Assembly: GCA_944372095.1 (NCBI GenBank)
Contig: CALVYG010000048.1
Coordinates: 64,136-128,135, forward strand
Origin: an uncultured Clostridia bacterium
GTDB taxonomy: Bacteria; Bacillota; Clostridia; Christensenellales; DTU072
Length of the DNA: 64,000 bases
Direction: 5' to 3'
Both the position numbers and the translations under genes were made by a program. The notes under the pieces are model-generated. The model was given only the letters and a program-made list of their open reading frames with translations, did not search any database and was not told the origin of the DNA. Of this stretch, positions 39,906 through 49,401 are shown piece by piece (the first letter of the stretch is position 1; each line of letters opens with the position of its first letter).

Positions 39906-40766
39906 TCAAAATTCCATAAAAGCACTGCACCCGCAAGGCAAAACTATTCCGTCTTCTCCTTCTATCCCTATTTCATCCGCATCAATATAACTGTATCTGA
40001 TATCATTGAAAACAATTTGTAATATATTCTTCATTACGCCCGACTGTAAGCCTGTAGTATAAGAATTTATAAGATAGAAAGAAGGATTCTCACTTAATAA
40101 ATTTTTCGTAAGGTTTACTAAACCGAAAATCTTTTCTTCAATCTTCCACATTTCGCCGTTAGGTCCGCGCCCGTAACTCGGCGGATCCATAATTATTGCA
40201 TCATATTTTTTTCCTCTGCGGATTTCTCTTTCAACAAATTTAACGCAGTCATCGACGATAAATCTTGCTTTCGTTTCATCCAGATTATTAATCATGCAAT
40301 TCTCTTTTGCCGCTTGACACATAGCTTTGGCGGCATCGACGTGACATACTTTTGCTCCTGCAGATAAACAAGCTACCGTGGCTCCGCCCGTATATCCGAA
40401 AAGATTCAATACATTTATATTACGTCCGTTTTTGTTAATGATATCAATCATTCTTGCCCAATTTACCGCCTGCTCAGGGAAAATTCCCGTATGCTTAAAA
40501 TTCATAAGTTTCAACTTAAATGCAAGTTTACGCCAATGAACGTAAAAATTATCGGGTACTTTCTTTTTTATTTCCCACTCTCCTCCGCCACTTCTGCTGC
40601 GGTGGTAATGCGCGTATATATTCTTATATTCTTTAAGGGAAAAAGGCGAATTCCAAATCGCCTGCGGGTCAGGTCTTAACAATATTATTCCGTTGAATTC
40701 TTCCAGTTTCTCACCATTCCCCGTTGAAATCAATTTATAGTCTGCCCACTCACCGTTTGTTTTCAT
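39906..40766 (-). CDS. Class I SAM-dependent methyltransferase (RlmI/YwbD-like core, no PUA domain)
   Basis: FKHTGIFPEQ, LFGYTGGATVA (motif I) and MDPPSYGRG (motif IV). Start overlaps the upstream stop (ATGA). Confidence 0.75.
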   Translation of the reverse strand: MKTNGEWADYKLISTGNGEKLEEFNGIILLRPDPQAIWNSPFSLKEYKNIYAHYHRSRSGGGEWEIKKKVPDNFYVHWRKLAFKLKLMNFKHTGIFPEQAVNWARMIDIINKNGRNINVLNLFGYTGGATVACLSAGAKVCHVDAAKAMCQAAKENCMINNLDETKARFIVDDCVKFVEREIRRGKKYDAIIMDPPSYGRGPNGEMWKIEEKIFGLVNLTKNLLSENPSFYLINSYTTGLQSGVMKNILQIVFNDIRYSYIDADEIGIEGEDGIVLPCGCSAFMEF

Positions 40767-43537
40767 AGATTAAAAAGTTTTTTATCTATATCAGCAAGAA
40801 TTGCGTTACTTTCATTGTCAGGTTTCAATTTTTTCAGCAACATTGCAATTTTCCTGGCTTCAAGATATTCTCCTTCTTTCATTAAATCATTTATAAATTT
40901 CATTATTAATAAAACTAATTCATCCTTAATATTTTCATTGAGTTCTGCAAAAAAACTTACTTTTATATCACTTGCAAATCCTTCGTCATAGAGGTTAACC
41001 AGTCTGGTTATCAGCATTAGTTTCCTTCTGAAATCAGTTTCCTGCTGAACAGTTTTAAATGTTTTTTTGTAAATGTCGAAATCTGTTTCCGACGTTTTTA
41101 TAAACATAGAATACTTTGAATTAGAATATTCCAACCTGAAATGCAGTCCTTTCGCAGCAAGTGTATTTCGGATAATATTATTTGTCGTTTTCAGGTTATT
41201 TATTGCAGAAACATAGACATAGTCGCCCCAAAACATTTCCATTATTTCGTTTCTGGCTATGCCTTCCTCTCCTTTTAGGATATAGAGTAAAAACAATTCT
41301 TTGGCTTTTCTCGTTTTCCAGATAAGTTCTTCTCCGTCTACGCTTACGGAAGTATTTCCCATAAATTTAATTTTTAACGATGAATCATTGCTTATTACCT
41401 TATTCCTCGCATGAATTCTATCCTTTAAAAATTCTATATATTCTCTTTCAATTCCGTTGGCATAAGCAAATCCTATTATCGGTTCGAATAAACTGCCGCA
41501 AATAACACTTAACATCTCCATACCGGAATTTCTGCATGATATAAAAAATTTTTCCACTAATAACTTACAAGTTTTAAAATCATCGTCGTCAAACATATAA
41601 TTAATAATGATTGCCGTGGAAATCAACCAGAAAGCAGACCTGGCAGTAGAGCCGACCACACATCTTCTCGCATAAAGAAGCGCAAGCTCCTTTTGCCCGC
41701 TTTTCCAATGACAATATGCGGATACACCCTGCATAATAGAAATAAAATTACTTTTTGTAATTTCGCATTTTTTCATATAAAGCATCGCAAGGTCTTTTGC
41801 ATATTCAAGCATGCCCGCTTTCGCATACACAATTGCTCTTACCGCAATTGCCGTTATCAAGGCATATTCATCATCTTCGCCGTGCTTTACTGCCTCGTTC
41901 AGGTACGGAACGGCATCTTCGATTTTATTATAATAAACCGCAACCAGAGACAAAAGCACATAAGCGTCGGTAAGATTTGAAGTAACGTTATTAAATTTAC
42001 TTGCCTCAATAATATCTTCCGCCGTTCTCTTCGCCAATTCCATATCGCCCGCATAGAAATAAGCGCCTATCATATTACAAGGAATAACATAATAAGGAAT
42101 TATAGTTTTAATATGATTAAGGTGCTCAATTGCGCGTTTATAGTTTCCCAAATCAAGATTACAGCCGACAAATGTCTGGAGCATATTTACATACCAGAAT
42201 TCATTGCAAAACCTTTCGTCCGCAAGAAATTTTTCTATCATACGAAATCTCTGTACAATAATTGCCATATTTAAATTTTGCAAACCGATTGCCAACTTTT
42301 CAACCACACCGGTAATATTAACCAGATATTCTTCTCCGTATTTTTCAATTTTCCCGGCAACATATTCTCTTGCATATTCCGCTCCGTCAATTTTCTTTCC
42401 GGCACCGTATAATGCTCTTATATAACAACTGTTTATCTGCGGCTGTAAAGGATGATTTTCTTCAAGCTCGACAATAATATCCTTTGCCTCTTCAATTGCT
42501 TCTAAATATTTTGTCGCGCCTACGATATCGTTTATTATTTGAAAATATCGAGCATAAATATATTCTTTTTTTATTTCGCCCAAATCAATATAGCCGACAT
42601 ACTTCGAATACTCATATAAGTGGAAAACTTCCTCTCTATGCTCAATAATTGTTTTTACTGCGTAATCAATCATTCTGCAATCTTTGCGTGTCAGAGCAAT
42701 TTTTAAAGCTTTTACTAGCTTATCTCCACCTTCTTTAATATAATAATTATATAAAGCAATATCATAGTCAGGAACAGGTAAATTTTTTATTTTGTCTTCT
42801 TTTAAAAGCAAATCCGCAAGTTTTGGATTAAAATTATACAGATTTTTCCCGGTTTGCATAACTATACTCGGATATCGGGTACATACTTTCAGGATGAAAT
42901 TTACTCCTCCGGGGAATATTGATTCAATAAACGCTGATTCGGCAAATCTATTTTTTGAAAGTTGATACAACAATCCGAATTCATCTTCGGTAAACGGTTC
43001 ATATATTATTCTTTCGTCAAAAAAGGTTTCGCCGAGCTGTTCTTTAGATATAAGCTTTGGTGAAGTTTCTATAAAAAGACTGTAATTCAAATCAAGAAAT
43101 TTATTTGAAACAATCACAATTTTTAAATTACCCGGACAATTTTTTAATAAATGTTCTATCGCCCGTAAATTATAGTCACGAACTATCGTTTCCATATTAT
43201 CAATTACGAGCAGACAATTATAATTCAGACTTTCTATATAATCGAGAACCGCATTAATTATGATTAAATCTTTGGTAAAATCGAGTTTACAATATGAAAA
43301 TTGATTTAAACGATTCAACATCACGTTATTATTTTCAAACACATTATACGCAATAGTAAAAGCAAGAGAATAATCGTTATCATAAGAGGCGTTTACCCAG
43401 AATGTTGTCCTGTAATTATTAGCTAAATCGTTAATAAATCCGGAGTGTTCTCCGTCAGATTCCGTCAAAATTATTGTCGAACTGCTTTTACTCGACATTA
43501 TTTCGTTTATTATTATACTCATTGCCTTGCTTTTCAT
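40763..43537 (-). CDS. MalT-like STAND protein with degenerate P-loop, helical-repeat sensor region and C-terminal wHTH+BTAD (SARP) module
   Basis: The N-terminus is collinear with MalT (LLVIDNME Walker B, IVIVSNK), but GYGKTT is replaced by DGEHSG. The C-terminus, KIKFMGNTSVSVDGEELIWKTRKAKELFLLYIL...RNEIMEMFW, is an OmpR-type wHTH followed by BTAD-like helices. Start chosen at the third ATG (GAGGA 6 nt upstream). Confidence 0.6.
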   Translation of the reverse strand: MKSKAMSIIINEIMSSKSSSTIILTESDGEHSGFINDLANNYRTTFWVNASYDNDYSLAFTIAYNVFENNNVMLNRLNQFSYCKLDFTKDLIIINAVLDYIESLNYNCLLVIDNMETIVRDYNLRAIEHLLKNCPGNLKIVIVSNKFLDLNYSLFIETSPKLISKEQLGETFFDERIIYEPFTEDEFGLLYQLSKNRFAESAFIESIFPGGVNFILKVCTRYPSIVMQTGKNLYNFNPKLADLLLKEDKIKNLPVPDYDIALYNYYIKEGGDKLVKALKIALTRKDCRMIDYAVKTIIEHREEVFHLYEYSKYVGYIDLGEIKKEYIYARYFQIINDIVGATKYLEAIEEAKDIIVELEENHPLQPQINSCYIRALYGAGKKIDGAEYAREYVAGKIEKYGEEYLVNITGVVEKLAIGLQNLNMAIIVQRFRMIEKFLADERFCNEFWYVNMLQTFVGCNLDLGNYKRAIEHLNHIKTIIPYYVIPCNMIGAYFYAGDMELAKRTAEDIIEASKFNNVTSNLTDAYVLLSLVAVYYNKIEDAVPYLNEAVKHGEDDEYALITAIAVRAIVYAKAGMLEYAKDLAMLYMKKCEITKSNFISIMQGVSAYCHWKSGQKELALLYARRCVVGSTARSAFWLISTAIIINYMFDDDDFKTCKLLVEKFFISCRNSGMEMLSVICGSLFEPIIGFAYANGIEREYIEFLKDRIHARNKVISNDSSLKIKFMGNTSVSVDGEELIWKTRKAKELFLLYILKGEEGIARNEIMEMFWGDYVYVSAINNLKTTNNIIRNTLAAKGLHFRLEYSNSKYSMFIKTSETDFDIYKKTFKTVQQETDFRRKLMLITRLVNLYDEGFASDIKVSFFAELNENIKDELVLLIMKFINDLMKEGEYLEARKIAMLLKKLKPDNESNAILADIDKKLFNL

Positions 43538-43747
43538 CGACATTCCTCGCATCTAATAGTAAACTATCAGTAAAATTTTGTCAAACAGAGAAAGATATTA
43601 TACACAAGTGTCTACAAAAAATAATCAAAAATATTATAATTACATTTATATAAAGAGTATTTTGTTATAAATGATTGACTGTAACATAGATATTTGATAA
43701 AATTTATTGAAAATAAATCGCAGTTAATACTGCGTACGGAGGCAAAA

Positions 43748-44752
43748 ATGAAAGAATATAACGTTGCGGTCGTCGGTGCAACCGGTATGGTTGGGAATAA
43801 GTTCCTGGAAGTTCTTGCCGAAAGAAAACTTCCGGTTAAAAACTATTATCTTTATGCGTCCGCAAAAAGTGCAGGAAAGAAAATAAATTTTCTCGGTAAA
43901 GAATATACGGTGATAGAACTGAATGAGAAAAATATACTTGATAAAAATTTAGATTACGCATTATTCAGCGCAGGCGGCGGAACAAGTAAGGAATTTGCTC
44001 CCATATTTGCAAAACACGGCATTACGGTTATCGATAATTCAAGTCAATGGCGCATGTACCCCGATGTCCCCCTCGTTGTTCCCGAGGTAAACGCACCGGA
44101 AAGCCTTAAACATAACCATATCATTGCTAATCCCAATTGCTCAACGATACAAGCAGTTGTCGCCTTAAAACCACTAAACGATAAATATGGTATAAAACGT
44201 ATAGTTTATTCTACATACCAAGCGGTTAGCGGAGCAGGTGTAGCAGGATATAACGATTTAGTTACCGAGGCGAAAGAAGGCGAAACGAAAAAATTCCCCT
44301 ATCCGATTTTCGGAAATTGTATACCTCAAATAGACGTGTTTCTTCCGAACGGTTATACAAAAGAAGAAGAGAAAATGATAAATGAGACGAAAAAAATATT
44401 AAATGATTATTCAATTAAAGTCACTGCAACAACCGTAAGAGTTCCCGTTCGTCACGGTCACAGCGAATCTATAAATATAGAATTCAAAAAGCCCTGTACG
44501 CTTGAAGGAATAAAAGAGTGTTTAAGAAATCAGCCCGGAATCGTACTTGTAGACGATGACGCAAATCTTAAATATCCTATGCCTTTATACGCCGAAGGAA
44601 AAGATGAAGTATTCGTGGGCAGAATAAGGATTGACGATACGGTAGAAAGCGGATGTAATCTTTGGGTAGTGGCAGATAATATACGTAAAGGTGCCGCGAC
44701 GAATGCCGTTCAGATTTTGGAATATCTTATTAAAGAAGAAAACAGAGAGTAA
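43748..44752 (+). CDS. asd: Aspartate-semialdehyde dehydrogenase
   Basis: VAVVGATGMVG and active-site NCSTIQ. Start set at MKEYN (GGAGG 6 nt upstream). Promoter TTGACT-17-TAAAAT lies upstream. Confidence 0.92.
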   Translation: MKEYNVAVVGATGMVGNKFLEVLAERKLPVKNYYLYASAKSAGKKINFLGKEYTVIELNEKNILDKNLDYALFSAGGGTSKEFAPIFAKHGITVIDNSSQWRMYPDVPLVVPEVNAPESLKHNHIIANPNCSTIQAVVALKPLNDKYGIKRIVYSTYQAVSGAGVAGYNDLVTEAKEGETKKFPYPIFGNCIPQIDVFLPNGYTKEEEKMINETKKILNDYSIKVTATTVRVPVRHGHSESINIEFKKPCTLEGIKECLRNQPGIVLVDDDANLKYPMPLYAEGKDEVFVGRIRIDDTVESGCNLWVVADNIRKGAATNAVQILEYLIKEENRE

Positions 44753-44768
44753 AAACGGAGAATATATT

Positions 44769-45515
44769 ATGAAAGTAATTTTTTACGGTATAGGCGGAGC
44801 AATGGGAAAAAATTTCCGTGAAATCGCCGAAAGTCGAAATGACGTTCAAATAGTATGCGGTATAGACAAATTTCCGGAAAATTGTAAATATGATTTTCCC
44901 GTATATTCATCCTGTAAAAACATAACAGAAAATGCCGATTGCATAATTGATTTTTCCATGCATTCATGTATATACGATTATTTACCGTTTGCAATAAACC
45001 GTAATATCCCTTGCGTTATTGCATCTACCGGCTTCAACGACAAAGAACTCGAATATATAGAAAAATGTTCAAAAATTATTCCTATTCTTAAATCAGGAAA
45101 TATGAGTTTAGGAATAAACATATTATTACAATTATCAAAATTATGCGCAAAAACGCTCGGAGACATATCCGATATAGAAATCGTTGAACAGCACCACAAC
45201 AGAAAAACCGACGCTCCAAGCGGAACTGCCCTGCTTTTGGCAGACGGAATAAAAGAGATTTTACCGGATTCAAAATATGTTTTAGGTCGCAGCGGTTTAT
45301 CCAAAAGAGAAAAAGGCGATATAGGGATAAGCGCCGTAAGAGGCGGAACAATCGTCGGTAAACATGAGGTAATGTTCATTATGGAAAATGAAGTAATTAC
45401 CCTGAAACACGAAGCAGAAAGCCGTTCGGTTTTTGCAATCGGAAGCATTAATGCCGCAAAATATATCGTAAAGCAGAAACCCGGACTTTATTCAATGGAA
45501 AACCTCTTTAATTAA
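44769..45515 (+). CDS. dapB: 4-hydroxy-tetrahydrodipicolinate reductase
   Basis: EQHHNRKTDAPSGTAL signature. Start set at MKVIFYG. Confidence 0.9.
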   Translation: MKVIFYGIGGAMGKNFREIAESRNDVQIVCGIDKFPENCKYDFPVYSSCKNITENADCIIDFSMHSCIYDYLPFAINRNIPCVIASTGFNDKELEYIEKCSKIIPILKSGNMSLGINILLQLSKLCAKTLGDISDIEIVEQHHNRKTDAPSGTALLLADGIKEILPDSKYVLGRSGLSKREKGDIGISAVRGGTIVGKHEVMFIMENEVITLKHEAESRSVFAIGSINAAKYIVKQKPGLYSMENLFN

Positions 45516-45534
45516 TAAACAAATAACACAATTA

Positions 45535-45564
45535 AAAAGGCTGTCAAAAGACAGCCTTTTTTGT
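45535..45564. terminator. Bidirectional terminator between dapB and gap
   Basis: Stem aaaggctgtc/gacagccttt plus a T-run. Confidence 0.7.
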
Positions 45565-45579
45565 ATCGTTAGCTACAAA

Positions 45580-46638
<1,059 letters not shown>

Positions 46639-46724
46639 TTAATATTTTTTATTATAAAATGCAACTGTTTTTTATATTTTTATATAAATTTAATAATTTT
46701 ATTTTTCATTAAACAAGGCGGTTT

Positions 46725-49121
46725 TTATTTTACTACTATGTTTAATATTCTGCCTTTAACATAAACTATTTTGATAATTGATTTTCCGCCCAGAATTTCA
46801 TCGTTTACACATTTCATAACGTCATCCTGGTCTGCTTCACGACTTACAGTAATTCTGCCGCGGAGTTTTCCGTTTACCTGTACAGGAATTTCAACTTCGT
46901 TTTCAATAAGTTCTTCAGCCTTATAAGTCGGCCAGTCGGTTTCATTTATTTTTGCGCCGTTATTTATTTTTTCGTACATTTCACTGCATATATGCGGAGC
47001 CACCGGATAAAGCAATTTCAAGAAAGTATCCAGTTCATATTTTGTAACTGAACCGCGTGAATAAAAAACATTTATCGTTCCCATTAACTGTGCAATTGCT
47101 GTATTATATTTTGCAGATTCATAGTCGTCTGAAACTTTTTTTATAACTGCGGCGAGGTTCAAATCGTTTGTTTCAGTTTCTTTTATCATATCGGATAATC
47201 CCCAGACTCTGTTCAGAAATCTGAAACAACCTCTTGTTCCTTCGACTGACCATGGACTCGGTTTTTCATAATCACCGATAAATAATATAAATGTTCTTAA
47301 CGTATCTGCACCGTATTCTTTGATTACATCGTCAGGATTAATAACGTTTCCTCTGGATTTACTCATTTTTTCGCCGTCTGCGCCCAAAATCAATCCCTGG
47401 GCAGTACGTTTTTTATACGGTTCTTCATCTTTTACAACACCTATATCGTACAAAAACATATTCCAAAAACGACTATATATCAAATGCCTCGTAACATGTT
47501 CCATTCCTCCGTTATACCAGTCTACCTGACGCCAATATTCATTAGCATCCCTGGATACAGGCGCATAAGGACAATCGGGACTCATATAGCGTAGAAAATA
47601 CCAACTGCTTCCTGCCCACTGCGGCATAGTGTCGGTTTCTCTTTTCGCAGGGGCTCCGCATCGCGGACATTTAACATTAACCCAATCGGTAAGTTTGCTG
47701 AGCGGACTTGTCGCATCATCGGTCGGCTCAAAATCGGCAAGGTCGGGAAGTTTTAAAGGAAGTTCACTTTCCGAGATAGGAACCTGCCCGCAATGCGGAC
47801 AGTTTATTATAGGTATCGGCTCTCCCCAATATCTTTGTCTGTTAAATGCCCAATCTTTCATCTTATAATCTGTTTTAGGTTTTCCCAAACCGTTTTTTTT
47901 CATGTATTCAATCATCGCAGGGATTGCTTGTTTTACGCTCATTCCGTTCAAAAATCCGCTGTTAATCATTTCGCCGCCGTCTTTTGCAATATAAGGTTCA
48001 ACTGATATATCAACATCTCCTTTTATCACTTCAACTATCGGAAGATTGAATTTTTTAGCAAACTCATAATCTCTGGTATCATGGGCAGGAACTGCCATAA
48101 TTGCTCCTGTTCCGTAGTCCATCATTACATAATCGGCGCTGAATACGGGTATTATTTTACCTGTAATCGGATTAACCGCATCTATGCCCATAACTTTTAT
48201 ACCGGTTTTATCTTTGTTCATTTGAATTCTTTCAAATTCTTTTTTAAGTAAAGCCTGTTTCTGATAAGATTCAATTTCCGACAAATTTCCGATGTCATCT
48301 GCAAAATATTTAAGCATCGGATGTTCGGGACTTACAACAAGAAATGTAGCTCCGTAAATCGTATCGGGTCTCGTTGTATAGACGACTAAATCATAGTCTT
48401 TATCCGCAGATTTCACCTTGAACGTAACTTCGGCACCCGTAGATTTTCCAATCCAATTTATTTGTTCGGTTTTAATTCTGTCAAGATAATCCAAGCTTGA
48501 AAGATTATTTAAAAGCCTTTCGGCATATTGCCGTATTTTCAAAAACCATACATCCTTTTCTTTCTGAACAACCTCGGCACCGCAACGGTCGCAAATACCG
48601 TTCTGGCTTTCTTCATTTGCCAACACTACCTTGCACTGAGGGCAAAAATTTACCATTGTTTTTGATTTGTAAGCAAGACCTCTTTTGAACATTTGCAAAA
48701 AAATCCATTGCGTCCAATGATAGTATCCGGGGTCGGTTGTATCTACAACCCTGTCAAAATCGAAAGAAAATCCTACGCTCCTGAGTTGTTTGTCAAAATT
48801 GCGGATATTTTCGTCCGTAATGATTCTCGGATGTTTTTTTACTTTCATGGCATAGTTTTCCGTCGGCAATCCGAAAGCGTCATATCCTATCGGAAAAAGC
48901 ACGTTATATCCTTCCAGCCTGCGTTTCCGCGCAACGACTTCAAGTCCGGCATAAGCCCTTATATGTCCCACATGCATTCCCACGCCGCTCGGATAAGGAA
49001 ACTCAATTAATCCGTAAAACTTTTTCTTATTTATATCTTCCGTAACGTGGAATATTTTATTTTCATACCAGTATTTTTGCCATTTTTTTTCAATAAATTT
49101 GAAATTATAAATATCTGCCAT
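46725..49121 (-). CDS. leuS: Leucine--tRNA ligase
   Basis: HVGH (HIGH) and KMSKS motifs. Start set to MADIYNFKFIEKKWQ. The 50-codon upstream extension in the track runs through promoter and terminator sequence. Confidence 0.93.
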   Translation of the reverse strand: MADIYNFKFIEKKWQKYWYENKIFHVTEDINKKKFYGLIEFPYPSGVGMHVGHIRAYAGLEVVARKRRLEGYNVLFPIGYDAFGLPTENYAMKVKKHPRIITDENIRNFDKQLRSVGFSFDFDRVVDTTDPGYYHWTQWIFLQMFKRGLAYKSKTMVNFCPQCKVVLANEESQNGICDRCGAEVVQKEKDVWFLKIRQYAERLLNNLSSLDYLDRIKTEQINWIGKSTGAEVTFKVKSADKDYDLVVYTTRPDTIYGATFLVVSPEHPMLKYFADDIGNLSEIESYQKQALLKKEFERIQMNKDKTGIKVMGIDAVNPITGKIIPVFSADYVMMDYGTGAIMAVPAHDTRDYEFAKKFNLPIVEVIKGDVDISVEPYIAKDGGEMINSGFLNGMSVKQAIPAMIEYMKKNGLGKPKTDYKMKDWAFNRQRYWGEPIPIINCPHCGQVPISESELPLKLPDLADFEPTDDATSPLSKLTDWVNVKCPRCGAPAKRETDTMPQWAGSSWYFLRYMSPDCPYAPVSRDANEYWRQVDWYNGGMEHVTRHLIYSRFWNMFLYDIGVVKDEEPYKKRTAQGLILGADGEKMSKSRGNVINPDDVIKEYGADTLRTFILFIGDYEKPSPWSVEGTRGCFRFLNRVWGLSDMIKETETNDLNLAAVIKKVSDDYESAKYNTAIAQLMGTINVFYSRGSVTKYELDTFLKLLYPVAPHICSEMYEKINNGAKINETDWPTYKAEELIENEVEIPVQVNGKLRGRITVSREADQDDVMKCVNDEILGGKSIIKIVYVKGRILNIVVK

Positions 49122-49234
49122 ACAAGCCTCTGTAAAATAACTTTTTCGTTTTTTTATGTTATCACAACAAACTTTTTTTGTCAATTTATACACAAGGTTC
49201 GGAATAAAAATTAAATAAAAAAAACATATTTTAA

Positions 49235-49267
49235 CAAAAAAACCGACTGTAAAATATACAATCGGTT
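49235..49267 (-). terminator. Terminator after tRNA-Glu
   Basis: Minus-strand stem AACCGAUUGU/ACAGUCGGUU followed by U7. Confidence 0.65.
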
Positions 49268-49272
49268 TCACA

Positions 49273-49347
49273 TGGTGACTCCTAGGAGATTCGAACTCCT
49301 GTAGCCGCCGTGAGAGGGCGGAGTCTTAACCGCTTGACCAAGGAGCC
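49273..49347 (-). tRNA. tRNA-Glu (anticodon CUC), CCA encoded
   Basis: Minus strand reads GGCUCCUUGGUCAAGCGGUUAAGACUCCGCCCUCUCACGGCGGCUACAGGAGUUCGAAUCUCCUAGGAGUCACCA. It folds as a cloverleaf with anticodon loop CU-CUC-AC. Confidence 0.9.
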
Positions 49348-49401
49348 ACTTCGCAAACAATATATCATAAAATCTACCTGTTTGCAACTGTTTTGAAACT
49401 A

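Noticed and set aside
43553-43747. Lysine riboswitch or other leader upstream of asd-dapB
   Set aside because: The region is only an AT-rich spacer with a TTGACT-17-TAAAAT promoter and a 6-bp hairpin before the SD. It is too short and lacks L-box-like conserved helices.
49122-49271. 50-codon N-terminal extension of leuS in the ORF track, and a possible T-box leader
   Set aside because: The extension runs through a tRNA terminator and a promoter-like TTGACA...TGTGATAAC region. LeuS homology begins at MADIYNFKF. Only ~115 nt separate the terminator from the start, and no T-box or specifier features were seen.
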